64,000 nt of DNA from Candidatus Omnitrophota bacterium (GCA_003598025.1 QZKH01000006.1:44035-108034); one strand, 5' to 3'. Positions 42,321 to 52,767 are shown, counted from the stretch's first letter. Program-made: numbers and translations. The notes: a model not told the origin generated them from the letters alone.

Positions 42321-42869
42321 ATGGTAAGAAGAAAATTAATAGTGCTGGTTTTGATTATTAATGTGTTGGTTTTTACGCGCGCCTATGGGCAGGATATTAG
42401 TTTTGGCGCCGAGGCTACAAAACCGGAAACCGAAAGTAATTTTTTCAAAATAAGCGAGATAAAAAGAGGTAACTTTGGCCCGGGGCAGTATTCGACCGAG
42501 GGTTTTGTTGTCAGAGTTTATACTTGCCCAGACTGTCCTGCCGGTGCTGTTTGTAAGCCGTGCATGAAGGATAATATTGTGATCTCTGAGAATAACCAGG
42601 AGCTTAAGGATTATTCCGGCTTGACTAACAGCGAGTTGATAATCTTCACTAATCATGTGACTGAATTCGAGATTGGCAGCAGTTATAAATTTTTAATAAA
42701 TATAACCAATAATAAATCTACATTAGAAAACATCAACGATATTGAGTTGGTAAGTTTTAGCGAGATAGTTGATAGAAAAGTGGGTCACAAAGACACAAGG
42801 ACACAAAGTCACAAGAACGCTATACTCAATACGCACTACGCTATACGCAATACGTTCAGTGAACAATGA
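42321..42869 (+). CDS. Hypothetical secreted protein with CPDCPAGAVCKPC motif; C-terminus reads through repeat copy 7
   Basis: Signal-peptide-like MVRRKLIVLVLIINVLVFTRAYG; 4-Cys motif. Confidence 0.7.
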   Translation: MVRRKLIVLVLIINVLVFTRAYGQDISFGAEATKPETESNFFKISEIKRGNFGPGQYSTEGFVVRVYTCPDCPAGAVCKPCMKDNIVISENNQELKDYSGLTNSELIIFTNHVTEFEIGSSYKFLINITNNKSTLENINDIELVSFSEIVDRKVGHKDTRTQSHKNAILNTHYAIRNTFSEQ

Positions 42870-42874
42870 ACCAA
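42765..42874. repeat. Inverted heptamer-array element, copy 7 (composite)
   Basis: ATAGTTGATAG, GACACAAG-type x4 (42784-42815), TACGCA-type array, AGTGAAC AATGAAC CAA. Confidence 0.85.
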
Positions 42875-42880
42875 GCTGAT

Positions 42881-44386
42881 ATGGATAAAATATTAATTTT
42901 CGATACAACTTTAAGAGATGGGGAGCAGGCCCCAGGCGCATCTTTGAATGAAAAAGAAAAAATCGAGATCGCCAAGGCTTTAGCTGACTTAGGCGTGGAT
43001 ATAATCGAGGCTGGATTCCCGATCTCTTCTAAGGGTGACTTTGAGGCAGTGCGAATGGTATCCAAATCCGTCAAGGGTCCGGTTATATGTGCTTTAGCAA
43101 GGGCAATAAATAAGGATATTGATGCTGCATATCAGGCAATAAGGCCGGCTAGAAACCCGAGGATCCATGTATTCCTTGCTACTTCAAAGATCCATATGAA
43201 ATATAAGCTAAAGAAAGCTGAGGACGAGATACTACGTTTAGCTGTTAATGCTGTTAAATATGCCAGGAATTTTGTCTCCGATGTAGAATTTTCTCCTGAA
43301 GATGCTTCGCGCAGCGATAGGGAGTTTCTCTTTAAGGTGGTAGAGTCTGTTATTGCTGCTGGAGCCAAAACCGTAAATATACCAGATACTGTCGGCTATT
43401 CAGAGCCGCAGGAATTTGGCAGTCTTATAGCTGCTATCAAGGGGAATGTTCCGAATATAAATAAAGCTGTGATTTCCGTGCATTGCCATAATGACCTGGG
43501 TTTGGGCGTTGCCAATTCGCTTGAGGCGGTAAAAAACGGCGCCAGGCAGATAGAGTGTACAGTAAATGGTATTGGCGAGCGCGCCGGGAACGCCTCTATG
43601 GAAGAGGTAGTAATGGCATTGAATACCAGAAAAGATGTTTTTGGCGGCCTTGATACAAATATCAAGAAGAGCAAGATCTATAAAACTTCCCGTTTAGTAA
43701 GCAAACTGACGGGTTTTGTTATTGCCCCAAATAAAGCAATTGTCGGAGCAAACGCCTTCAGGCACGAATCCGGCATTCATCAGGACGGTGTTTTAAAAGA
43801 ACGCTCTACTTACGAGATAATAAGGCCGCAGGATGTAGGTTTTAGCGGGGTAGGTTTGGTGTTAGGAAAACATTCCGGCAGACACGCTTTCAGCGAGCGT
43901 CTTAATTCTTTGGGCTTTCATTTGTCAGGCCAGCAGCTTGAAAAAGCATTCAACCGTTTTAAGCAGATCGCTGATAAGAAGAAGAATATCTTTGACGATG
44001 ATCTCATGGCCATAGTTGAGGATGAGATCAGTGTAAGCAGGCCTACTTGGACCCTTGAAGGATTTGAAGTTAATTCAGGGACAAACATAAATCCAAAGGC
44101 AGCAGTCAGGCTGAAGAAAAAAGGAAAGATATATTCCGGAATTTCAAACGGCGATGGGCCGGTTGACGCATGTTTTAAGGCTATTGATAAAATATCTAAG
44201 ATAAAAATAAGGCTTTCCGACTACAGGCTTGAAGCCGTCACCTCGGGTAAAGACGCTTTGGGAGAAGTTACCTTAAAAATGGTCGCCAGAGGAAGGACCG
44301 CATCCGGCAGGGGTTCCAGCACTGACATTATCGAGGCTTCTGTAAGGGCCTATATAGATGCCCTTAATAAAATAGAGTCGAGATGA
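42881..44386 (+). CDS. leuA: 2-isopropylmalate synthase
   Basis: IFDTTLRDGEQ, HCHNDLG, NGIGERAGN, HESGIHQDG, GKHSGRHA, C-terminal regulatory domain. Confidence 0.96.
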   Translation: MDKILIFDTTLRDGEQAPGASLNEKEKIEIAKALADLGVDIIEAGFPISSKGDFEAVRMVSKSVKGPVICALARAINKDIDAAYQAIRPARNPRIHVFLATSKIHMKYKLKKAEDEILRLAVNAVKYARNFVSDVEFSPEDASRSDREFLFKVVESVIAAGAKTVNIPDTVGYSEPQEFGSLIAAIKGNVPNINKAVISVHCHNDLGLGVANSLEAVKNGARQIECTVNGIGERAGNASMEEVVMALNTRKDVFGGLDTNIKKSKIYKTSRLVSKLTGFVIAPNKAIVGANAFRHESGIHQDGVLKERSTYEIIRPQDVGFSGVGLVLGKHSGRHAFSERLNSLGFHLSGQQLEKAFNRFKQIADKKKNIFDDDLMAIVEDEISVSRPTWTLEGFEVNSGTNINPKAAVRLKKKGKIYSGISNGDGPVDACFKAIDKISKIKIRLSDYRLEAVTSGKDALGEVTLKMVARGRTASGRGSSTDIIEASVRAYIDALNKIESR

Positions 44387-45315
44387 TCCCGCCTAAAATA
44401 TACGGATTAATAGGTTATCCGGTTAAACATAGTCTTTCGCCGGCAATGCATAACGCCGCATTCAGGCATCTGAAGATTAATGCTGAATATAGGCTTTTTG
44501 AAGTCAGGCCCGAAGAACTCAATGATTTTCTCCTCGGTAATATGGCTGTTAAAGATACCCAAGGAAATGAAGTCCACTCAGGAGATGTCATTGGTTTCAA
44601 TGTGACTATTCCCCATAAAATCAGAGCTAAAGAGATACTTGAAAGTAAAGTTAGAAATAAAGATGTTCCATCCCCCTTGGTTCTTGAAGAAGAACATTAC
44701 GTCAAAGTATCAGGAGCGATAAATACCGTAAAAAGGAATGTATTAGGTATTCAGTATTTTAATACTGATGCTTCCGGATTCATTGAATCCTTGCGTGATG
44801 ATCTGGAATTTGATGTAAAGGACAAAAATACAGTTGTTATCGGATGTGGCGGAGCCGGAAGGGCGGTAGTAGCTTCTTTATCTTGGAAAAATATAAATGC
44901 TAACAAGATATATATTTATGATATCAATAGTAGCGCAGTGGAAGAAACAAAAATTCAATTCTCCAAGATAGAATATATAGGAGATAAAATTGAGTTTATT
45001 GACAAAAAGTCGTTAATGGGGGCAATAAAGAATTCACAACTTTTGGTTAATGCTTCATCTTGCGGCATGAAAGACGAAGATGGCTCTATCGTTGAAAGAG
45101 GTTTGCTGCATAATAATTTATCTGTTTACGATGTTGTATATAACAGAGAAACGCAACTGATTAAGGATGCGCATGCCTTGGGTCTTAAAGCAGTAAATGG
45201 TGCTGGGATGCTTTTATGTCAAGGCGCCAGAGCGTTTGAATTATGGTTTAATCGTCGTGCCCCAAAAGACGTGATGAAGCAGGCTTTAGAAAAGGAGTTG
45301 GCAAAATGGAAATAA
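44383..45315 (+). CDS. aroE: Shikimate dehydrogenase
   Basis: GYPVKHSLSPAMHN, NVTIPHK, GAINT, NTD, GCGGAGRA, DVVYN, GAGML..QG. Confidence 0.93.
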   Translation: MIPPKIYGLIGYPVKHSLSPAMHNAAFRHLKINAEYRLFEVRPEELNDFLLGNMAVKDTQGNEVHSGDVIGFNVTIPHKIRAKEILESKVRNKDVPSPLVLEEEHYVKVSGAINTVKRNVLGIQYFNTDASGFIESLRDDLEFDVKDKNTVVIGCGGAGRAVVASLSWKNINANKIYIYDINSSAVEETKIQFSKIEYIGDKIEFIDKKSLMGAIKNSQLLVNASSCGMKDEDGSIVERGLLHNNLSVYDVVYNRETQLIKDAHALGLKAVNGAGMLLCQGARAFELWFNRRAPKDVMKQALEKELAKWK

Positions 45316-46121
45316 TTACGGTGATAATCCTATTTATTATGGGTTCAATTGTCGGCAGTTTCCTTAATGTGTGCATTCATCGCATGCCGTTAAATGAGTC
45401 TGTCGTCTGGCCGCGTTCACATTGCCCTAATTGTAAGAAAAAAATACAGGGTTATGACAATATTCCTTTTATAAGCTATATTCTTTTGGGAGGGAAGTGC
45501 CGTTTTTGCAAAAAACCGATCTCTTTAAGGTATGTCATAGTTGAACTGGTAACTGCTTTAATGTTTGTGGTTTTATTTGCAAAATACGGATTATCTTATG
45601 AATTCTTCGTATATATAGTGTTCGTAAGCGGGTTGATCGTAGCCACTTTTATAGATATCAAACACAGGATTATACCTGATGAGGTATCTGTCGGCGGCCT
45701 GATTGTCGGGCTGGTATTATTTGCCGTAAGGGGTATCGAGATAAAACCGTTGAGCTATAATTACCAGTATGCCTTGGATTCATTCCTGGGCATCTTAATC
45801 GGCGGAGGCACTATTTATCTTACAGGCGCGCTTTTTGATTTAGTATATTTTAAACTGCTCAAAAGGCCGCCGATACAGGGTGAGACAGAATCGATGGGCG
45901 GGGGCGATATCAAGTTATTAGCCATGATAGGCGCATTTGTAGGATGGAAGGCTGCATTGGTTACTTTTCTCATCGCGCCGTTTCTAGGTCTTACGGTGGG
46001 ATTGGTGAATCTGGTATCGCGTAAAGACCACACCATACCTTATGGGCCATTTTTGTCGTTGGCAGCGATTATTGCCCTTTTCTGGCAAGATAAAATAATA
46101 TCTTTTGTAATACCGCGTTAA
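45306..46121 (+). CDS. pilD: Prepilin peptidase (A24)
   Basis: GSFLNVCIHR, SHCPNC...GKCRFC, FIDIKHRIIPD, MGGGDIKL, PYGPFL. Confidence 0.93.
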   Translation: MEIITVIILFIMGSIVGSFLNVCIHRMPLNESVVWPRSHCPNCKKKIQGYDNIPFISYILLGGKCRFCKKPISLRYVIVELVTALMFVVLFAKYGLSYEFFVYIVFVSGLIVATFIDIKHRIIPDEVSVGGLIVGLVLFAVRGIEIKPLSYNYQYALDSFLGILIGGGTIYLTGALFDLVYFKLLKRPPIQGETESMGGGDIKLLAMIGAFVGWKAALVTFLIAPFLGLTVGLVNLVSRKDHTIPYGPFLSLAAIIALFWQDKIISFVIPR

Positions 46122-46128
46122 TTCTTAT

Positions 46129-47958
46129 ATGCCTGTAGATGAATTTAGGGAATACCTTCTTAACACTCCTTCCGGGAATAAATGGAGGCGTATCGGCATC
46201 AGCAAGAAGTCCGGGGTTGTCGTGCCTTTGTTTTCTGTATATTCCCGCAATAGTATCGGTATCGCAGATACCGGTGATATCAAATTATTAATTGATTGGT
46301 GTTCGTCTACGGGTAACTCTATCCTGCAATTCCTTCCGTTAAATGAAGTGGGCTCTACTTTTTGCCCATATGATTCCACAAGTTCATTTGCCCTTGAGCC
46401 GGCATACATAAATTTAAATGATATACCTGATGTAGGAGAGAAGCAGCTGGGCGAAATTCGCGCCGTATTAAGGAAAATTTTTCCTCAGATCGGCCCGCAC
46501 ATTGATTACAGGATTAAAGAGGAAAAACTCAAAGCCTTAAAAAGCATATTTAACTCGGTAAATAATATAGGTGCGCAAGACAGCCTGGCTGCCTATATCA
46601 GAGATAATTCTTATTGGCTTGACGATTTCTGCCTTTATAAGCTGTTGAAAAATTTGCATAATGGCAGGCCCTGGTATGAGTGGGAGCCTGATTTCAGGGA
46701 TAGGATAGAGATACGTTTGGTTGAACTTAAGGAAAAATATAAGAAAGAAATTTTGTTCGAGGCCTGGCTTCAGTGGCTTATGGCAATGCAACTTAAGAAT
46801 GCAAAAAACTATGCGGTCAAAAACAATATTTTTATCAAGGGTGATTTGCCGATTTTAGTTTCAAGGGATAGTGCCGACGTATGGGCCCATCCGGAATTCT
46901 TTAAGCTTGATTTTGCTTCCGGGGCTCCGCCGGATATGTATTGCGCAAAAGGGCAGCGTTGGGGCATGCCCACATATAACTGGGATAAAATAAGAGAGAA
47001 TAATTTTGAGTATATAAAAGAGAAGCTCAAATACGCCGAAGGGTTTTATGATATTCTTCGGATCGACCATGTAGTCGGAGTATTCCGCATATGGAGTATT
47101 CCCTACGGCGAACCCTTAGAAAATCAGGGCCTGCATGGTTTTTTTGACCCTGCAGATGATAAGCTGTGGGCAGGGCAAGGCAGAGAAATATTAAAGGTCA
47201 TGCAGGAGAGTACTGATATGCTTTTATGCGCCGAAGATCTCGGCACTATACCTGCCGTTTGCCCGGAGACCATGAAGGAGCTAGGCATACCGGGTAATGA
47301 TGTTCAGCGGTGGGTTAAGGATTGGCAGAAGAGGCATGATTTTCTTTTGCCTGATGAATTCAGGCAGCTCTCTGTAGCTATGTTATCTACGCACGATACA
47401 ACAAATTGGCCCGGTTGGTGGCAGGATGAAGCAGGCACCGTAGATGAGGCGTTATTTATAAGAAAATGCCAGAGCCGTTCGATAGCCTATGAGCAAATTA
47501 AGGACAGGCTTTTTAATCATGATTTATCCCGTCATGGAAGGCTGCGTTGGCGCAGGGATATAGATTCCGCCGATAAACTTTTAAATGTACTGGGAAAGCC
47601 TAAAGAGGAGCTTGCAGATTTTATTGAAATGTACGAAAATAGCTTTATGGAAAAAGAGAAATTATGGGCGATCCTGAAATTCAAAGGCCCGGTCAGGGAA
47701 AAGGCGGATAGCGCACTGATTAAAGCTGTCTTTAAATTCATTCTTGATTCAGAAGCCATATTTTGCATAAACATAATCTTTGATTATCTTGCCTTTGCCG
47801 GGCTTATGAATAATGACCCAGGCCAATACCGTATTAATTATCCAGGGAGCGTTAACCGGGATAATTGGTCGGTCACCCTTCCCTTAGCTCTCGAAGATTT
47901 GTTAAAACATAAATCTTGCGCCGAATTAAAAAGAATGACCCGTAAAAGTGCAAGGTAA
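46129..47958 (+). CDS. malQ: 4-alpha-glucanotransferase (GH77)
   Basis: QFLPLN, KGDLPI, SADVW, GAPPD, GQRWGMP, LRIDHV, AEDLG, STHD. Confidence 0.93.
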   Translation: MPVDEFREYLLNTPSGNKWRRIGISKKSGVVVPLFSVYSRNSIGIADTGDIKLLIDWCSSTGNSILQFLPLNEVGSTFCPYDSTSSFALEPAYINLNDIPDVGEKQLGEIRAVLRKIFPQIGPHIDYRIKEEKLKALKSIFNSVNNIGAQDSLAAYIRDNSYWLDDFCLYKLLKNLHNGRPWYEWEPDFRDRIEIRLVELKEKYKKEILFEAWLQWLMAMQLKNAKNYAVKNNIFIKGDLPILVSRDSADVWAHPEFFKLDFASGAPPDMYCAKGQRWGMPTYNWDKIRENNFEYIKEKLKYAEGFYDILRIDHVVGVFRIWSIPYGEPLENQGLHGFFDPADDKLWAGQGREILKVMQESTDMLLCAEDLGTIPAVCPETMKELGIPGNDVQRWVKDWQKRHDFLLPDEFRQLSVAMLSTHDTTNWPGWWQDEAGTVDEALFIRKCQSRSIAYEQIKDRLFNHDLSRHGRLRWRRDIDSADKLLNVLGKPKEELADFIEMYENSFMEKEKLWAILKFKGPVREKADSALIKAVFKFILDSEAIFCINIIFDYLAFAGLMNNDPGQYRINYPGSVNRDNWSVTLPLALEDLLKHKSCAELKRMTRKSAR

Positions 47959-47976
47959 ACCTGCTTACAAAATCAG

Positions 47977-48696
47977 ATGCCGATATTAAACGGCTCCGCC
48001 TATTATATATCCAAAGAGATTGGTAAGGCCATAGGGGATTACGGGCTCATCTCCGATGGGGATAAAATCGCCGTTGCCGTTTCAGGAGGCAAAGACAGTA
48101 TTACATTGCTTAATTTATTGAATGAGCGCAGGAAATTCGCCCCGGTTAACTATGAAATCATGGCAATTCACGTGGATTTAGGCTATCCCCGTTCCGTCTC
48201 GAATAAACTAAAGAAATATTTTAATAAGATAGGCGTCAATTACCATATAGAAAAGAACGATGTACTGAAGAAAACCGGGCGTTCGGATATCTCTTGTTTC
48301 TGGTGTTCCTGGAACAGGAGAAAGTCATTGTTTGAATCGGCAGCCAGGCTTGGGTTTTCAAAAGTGGCCCTGGGACATCATATGGATGACATAATTGAAA
48401 CGATTTTGATGAACATGTTTTTTCAGGGCGAGATATCAGCTATGCTCCCAAAGCAGGAATTATTCGGAGGCAAGATAACGTTAATACGCCCGCTTGCTTA
48501 TGTGCAGGAATGCATGATCAAAAAATATACAAAAGAATTTTCTGTTGAATATGATAAATGCATTTGCCCGAATTCTGCAATTTCCAACCGCAGGCGTATG
48601 CGTAGGATAATAAGCCAGCTTAAAAAGGCTTGCCCGGATATAAAAAAGAACATATTCAGGAGCGTAAGGAGAGTCAAGGCGGATTATTTGCTTTAA
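47977..48696 (+). CDS. ttcA: tRNA 2-thiocytidine biosynthesis protein TtcA family
   Basis: SGGKDS PP-loop, CFWC, GHHMDD, IRPL. Confidence 0.85.
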   Translation: MPILNGSAYYISKEIGKAIGDYGLISDGDKIAVAVSGGKDSITLLNLLNERRKFAPVNYEIMAIHVDLGYPRSVSNKLKKYFNKIGVNYHIEKNDVLKKTGRSDISCFWCSWNRRKSLFESAARLGFSKVALGHHMDDIIETILMNMFFQGEISAMLPKQELFGGKITLIRPLAYVQECMIKKYTKEFSVEYDKCICPNSAISNRRRMRRIISQLKKACPDIKKNIFRSVRRVKADYLL

Positions 48697-48724
48697 ACGG
48701 GTAGAGCAGAGTGGTATAATTTTA

Positions 48725-48871
48725 TTGGTTCACAGTGCACAGTTCATGGTTCATAGAAATAGATAAAGTAGGTAGCCACAAGGACACACGACACAGGCTC
48801 ATAAGAACACCATACTCAATACGCACCACGCTATACGCAATACGTTCAGTGAACTGTGAACATTGAACTAG
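48725..48871. repeat. Inverted heptamer-array element, copy 8 (composite)
   Basis: TTGGTTCA CAGTGCA CAGTTCA TGGTTCA TAG, GACACA-type module, TACGCA-type module, AGTGAAC TGTGAAC ATTGAAC TAG. Confidence 0.9.
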
Positions 48872-48891
48872 CAAATATTTGGAGAGATAAT

Positions 48892-49815
48892 ATGGTTTGG
48901 CTGTTAACAGGTTTATTTTTAGTATTGGCATCCATAATAATAGCGATAATGCTTAAGATTTCATCGCAGGTAAACGAAAGCCTCAAGACTATCAATAACT
49001 CGCTGTTTGAGGCAAACAAGGTGATCGGGCAGAATTTAGGCAGCACTGCTTCTATATTCGGAAATGTCCAGGAATCCTTAGGCCAGTTAAAAGAGAGCAA
49101 TGAGAGGATATATGAAATAAGCAAGGATATCTCAAGCCTGCAGGAATTGCTCCGGGCACCAAAGTTCAGGGGGCAAATCGGGGAGGCAATGCTTGAGAAC
49201 CTGCTTTCTCAAGTCTTGCCCAAGGCTGCGTTTCAAGTGCAGTATAGGTTTAAGTCTCAGGAAGCAGTTGATGCTGTCATCAACCTGGGGGGAAAGCTTG
49301 TCCCTATTGATGCCAAGTTCAGCCTTGAGAATTTCCAGAGGTATATTGAGGCAGAAGAAGAGCAGTTGAAAAACAGCCTTAATAAGAAATTTATCCAGGA
49401 CGTAAAAAACAGAATAGATGAAATAGCATCGAAGTATATCTTACCTCATGAAAATACATATGATTTTGCATTTATGTATATCCCTGCAGAGAACGTTTAT
49501 TATGAGATAATAATAAAGGAAGATTTATTTTCGTATTGCATTTCTAAGAAAGTTATACCCGTATCTCCGAATACTTTTTATGCCTACCTGCAGATAATTT
49601 GTTCCGGTTTAAGGGGTTTTATGATCGAGGATAATGCCAAGGCTATCCTGAAGAATCTAAGCTCAATAAGCGTTGAATTGGATAAATTCAAAGAAGATTT
49701 CGAATTATTGGGAAAACATCTTTTTAACGCTAATAGTAAATATTCGGATTCGCAGAATAAGCTGGCGAGGTTCTCCGATAGGATAGCGAATATCCAAACC
49801 AAAGACTCTAAATAG
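48892..49815 (+). CDS. rmuC: DNA recombination protein RmuC
   Basis: N-terminal TM and coiled coil; RGQIGE..LE, IDAKFS, FMYIPAE, VSPNT. Confidence 0.88.
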   Translation: MVWLLTGLFLVLASIIIAIMLKISSQVNESLKTINNSLFEANKVIGQNLGSTASIFGNVQESLGQLKESNERIYEISKDISSLQELLRAPKFRGQIGEAMLENLLSQVLPKAAFQVQYRFKSQEAVDAVINLGGKLVPIDAKFSLENFQRYIEAEEEQLKNSLNKKFIQDVKNRIDEIASKYILPHENTYDFAFMYIPAENVYYEIIIKEDLFSYCISKKVIPVSPNTFYAYLQIICSGLRGFMIEDNAKAILKNLSSISVELDKFKEDFELLGKHLFNANSKYSDSQNKLARFSDRIANIQTKDSK

Positions 49816-49845
49816 CCTTATCAAATATTCCGATAGGTCCCGAGA

Positions 49846-50064
49846 ATGATTTTATCTGTCCGAGTCATGCCAAAATCAAGCCGTAATTTTGTCAAAGATG
49901 AAGAGGGTTGCCTTAAGGTATATGTTAGTAAGCCCGCCCAGGACGGCTTAGCCAATGAGCAGTTAATCGAAGTACTGGCTAAGCATCTGGGAGTAAAGAA
50001 GTACCAGATTAAAATAATCAAGGGCCACAGAGCCAGAAATAAAATTATTGAAGTAAATGCCTGA
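49846..50064 (+). CDS. DUF167 (YggU) family protein
   Basis: VRVMPKS, PAQDGLAN..LI..LA, IIKG..ARNK. Confidence 0.85.
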   Translation: MILSVRVMPKSSRNFVKDEEGCLKVYVSKPAQDGLANEQLIEVLAKHLGVKKYQIKIIKGHRARNKIIEVNA

Positions 50065-50773
50065 AATACATTTACACCCAAAAGTTACCTGCGCCATAAG
50101 TAATAGAGATTCTGGAAACATGTCTTTAGTGTATGGAGATACTGGACAGGCTATTAATAACCGCAGGGGATTCCTTAAGGGTATCGGTATAGATTACCTA
50201 GATATAGTTTGTGCAAAGCAGGTCCATTCAAATAATGTGGTTTATGTCAAAGAAGGCGATAAGGGCAAGGGGGCAAGCTATTATGATGATTCCATCGATG
50301 CTGCAGATGCGCTTATAACAGATTGCAGGAATTTGCCTTTGGCGGTATTCAGCGCGGATTGCTTGAGTATATTTATTTATGATAAGAATTCCCTTTCAAT
50401 CGCTTTAGTGCATGCAGGCAGAAGCGGTACCCTTGCCGGTATAATATCCAGGACTATAGGCTTAATGCAGAAAATATTTTTTTCTGTTCCGGGTGATTTA
50501 ATTGTTGCTTTTGGCCCATGTATCCGTTCCTGCTGTTATAAGGTTAAGAGTGAGGTAGCGGGATTGTATTCTTCCGGCGTGATTAAGATCAACGGCCATT
50601 TTTATCTGGATATAGCCGCATTGAACAAATCGGAGTTGCTAGGTCTTGGAGTTAAGGAGCAGAATATAAACGATTCCGGGATTTGTACTTCTTGTAATAA
50701 TAAACACTATTACTCTTATTATAAAGAGGGTAAGTCATCAGGCAGGATCATGTCAGTTATGATGCTTAAGTAA
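50057..50773 (+). CDS. pgeF: YfiH/PgeF family protein
   Basis: QVHS, ADALIT, SADC, HAG, GPCIRSCCY, ICTSC. Confidence 0.88.
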   Translation: MPEIHLHPKVTCAISNRDSGNMSLVYGDTGQAINNRRGFLKGIGIDYLDIVCAKQVHSNNVVYVKEGDKGKGASYYDDSIDAADALITDCRNLPLAVFSADCLSIFIYDKNSLSIALVHAGRSGTLAGIISRTIGLMQKIFFSVPGDLIVAFGPCIRSCCYKVKSEVAGLYSSGVIKINGHFYLDIAALNKSELLGLGVKEQNINDSGICTSCNNKHYYSYYKEGKSSGRIMSVMMLK

Positions 50774-50837
50774 ATATTTTTCTCTAAAGCAATACTAGTA
50801 AAACTTATTGTTATCGGACTAAAAAGGGAGGGATTAC

Positions 50838-51314
50838 ATGCTTAAAGCTCTTGTGACTTATTATTCGCGTAGCGGAAACACCAAGAAAATGGCTGATATT
50901 ATCGGTACAGGCATAAATAAAGACGGTATCGCCTGTGAGGTCAAAGAAGTAAGTGAGGTTAAGGCTGAGGCGCTTGTTGAATACGGGCTAATTATAATCG
51001 GTTCGCCTACATATTACGGAAGCATGGCTGCTGAAGTGAAAAAACTTCTGGATGATTCCGTAAAATTGCATGGTAAACTTGATGGCAAGATAGGTGCGGC
51101 ATTTTCATCAAGCGCAAATATAGCCGGAGGCAATGAAACCACTATCCTAGATATCTTGAATGCCATGCTCATTCATGGTATGATAATTCAAGGCGATCCC
51201 CGCGGAGATCACTATGGCCCGGTGGCAATAGGAGCTCCTGATGAGCGCGTAATCAAGGAATGCCAGAGGTTTGCGGCCAGATTAGCCAGGCTTGCCAGAA
51301 GACTGCAGGAATGA
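50838..51314 (+). CDS. Flavodoxin/WrbA-like protein
   Basis: YYSRSGNTKKMA, GSPTYYG, GKIGAAF, GGNETT. Confidence 0.88.
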   Translation: MLKALVTYYSRSGNTKKMADIIGTGINKDGIACEVKEVSEVKAEALVEYGLIIIGSPTYYGSMAAEVKKLLDDSVKLHGKLDGKIGAAFSSSANIAGGNETTILDILNAMLIHGMIIQGDPRGDHYGPVAIGAPDERVIKECQRFAARLARLARRLQE

Positions 51315-51315
51315 T

Positions 51316-51627
51316 ATGCATATAGTAATATTAATTACGGTTCCCAAGAAGAATGAGGCTCTACGTATCGCAAAGAAGCTTATAGAAGCAAAATTAGCAG
51401 CTTGCGTAAATATTATCCCTAAGGTCAATTCGGTTTTTTGGTGGGGATCTAAAGCTGATAATGCATCGGAGTTATTATTGATAGTAAAGTCAAAGAAATC
51501 ATATTTTACTAAACTTGTTAATACCGTAAAGCTTTTACATAGTTATAAGGTGCCGGAGATAATTGCGTTGCCGATAGTCTCCGGAAATAAAGCGTATCTG
51601 GATTGGATTGATGAATCTCTCGGGTAA
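51316..51627 (+). CDS. cutA: Divalent-cation tolerance protein CutA
   Basis: LAACVNIIP, LHSYKVPEIIALP, YLDW. Confidence 0.92.
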   Translation: MHIVILITVPKKNEALRIAKKLIEAKLAACVNIIPKVNSVFWWGSKADNASELLLIVKSKKSYFTKLVNTVKLLHSYKVPEIIALPIVSGNKAYLDWIDESLG

Positions 51628-52285
51628 TCCTATAGACTATCTGGTCGTTTTTTCAGGGGGCATACTGTTGAGTTTTAGCCCGTGCACCTACCCTTTAATC
51701 CCGGTGAGCCTGGGTTATATTGGCGTGAATGCTTCCGGTTCTAGGTTGCGCGGATTTTCGCTTAGTTTAATATATGTTACCGGATTAGCTGTTACATATT
51801 CCGTTCTCGGATTATTGGCTTCCTTAACCGGGCAGTTCTTTGGTCAGCTTAGCACCCATCCTTTGACTAGGTTAATAGTAGGATTGATAATTACGATTTT
51901 TGGGCTGAGCATGCTGGGTAATTTATTCATTAAACTTCCTCAGCTTAAGCTTATGGGGTTAACAAAAAAGGACGGCTATCCGGCTGTATTTTTTCTGGGC
52001 TTAAGCTCTGGTTTAATAATCAGTCCCTGCATAACGCCTGTTTTAGGCTCAATACTGGCATATATAGCTACAAAGCATAATCTTTTTTATGGCGTTACTC
52101 TGTTATTTACTTTTGCCTTCGGCATGGGCATTATTTTTATCTTATCTGGTACGTTTGCTTCGTTTCTGGCTAGTTTACCGAAATCCGGCAAGTGGATGGA
52201 GTATATCAGGACGATATTTGGTCTGGTCATTGCTTCTATAGGCTTATTTATTATTATTAATGCGCTAAGGAGGATAATAATATGA
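51611..52285 (+). CDS. ccdA: CcdA/DsbD-type transmembrane electron transporter
   Basis: SFSPCTYPLIP and SPCITPVL Cys pair; multiple TM segments. Confidence 0.85.
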   Translation: MNLSGNPIDYLVVFSGGILLSFSPCTYPLIPVSLGYIGVNASGSRLRGFSLSLIYVTGLAVTYSVLGLLASLTGQFFGQLSTHPLTRLIVGLIITIFGLSMLGNLFIKLPQLKLMGLTKKDGYPAVFFLGLSSGLIISPCITPVLGSILAYIATKHNLFYGVTLLFTFAFGMGIIFILSGTFASFLASLPKSGKWMEYIRTIFGLVIASIGLFIIINALRRIII

Positions 52286-52767
52286 GAAAGCTTGTTTTAA
52301 TTTTAGCTTTTTTTGTTTTTGTAAACTTTTCAGTTGTTTTCGGAGTGGGGGAAAAGCCTGTAAGCAAAGCCGTTGATTTTGAGCTTATTGATACACATGA
52401 TGATTTGGTCAAACTAAGCAGTTATAAGGATAAGCAGCCGGTGCTTTTGTTTTTCTGGACTACATGGTGCCCGTTTTGCCAGAAAGAACTCAGGGTGTTA
52501 AACAGCATGTATTCTCAGCTCTTAGAGGGCGGAGTAGAAGTTTTATCAATTAATGTGGGAGAGTCTCCCGATAAGGTAAGCAATTTTATTAAGAATTATT
52601 ACCTGGCATTTAGAGTTTTACTGGATAAGGATTCTGCTGTTGCGCGCCAGTTCGGTATTTTAGGCGTGCCTACTTATTTGCTGGTTAATAAGGAAGGCAA
52701 CATTGTGTTCAGCGATAACTTTTTCCCAAACAATTATAAAGACCTCATTTCCCGGCAAGAAAAATAA
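52282..52767 (+). CDS. TlpA/ResA-like exported thioredoxin
   Basis: Signal/anchor, FWTTWCPFC, GVPT. Confidence 0.9.
   Translation: MRKLVLILAFFVFVNFSVVFGVGEKPVSKAVDFELIDTHDDLVKLSSYKDKQPVLLFFWTTWCPFCQKELRVLNSMYSQLLEGGVEVLSINVGESPDKVSNFIKNYYLAFRVLLDKDSAVARQFGILGVPTYLLVNKEGNIVFSDNFFPNNYKDLISRQEK

Noticed and set aside
48722-48931. Minus-strand ORFs across repeat copies (48722-48931, 42723-42941, 40656-40880) sharing peptides such as FTERIAYSVVRIEY or LCTVN
   Set aside because: The similarity is explained by the DNA repeat itself; there is no start context and they overlap real genes.
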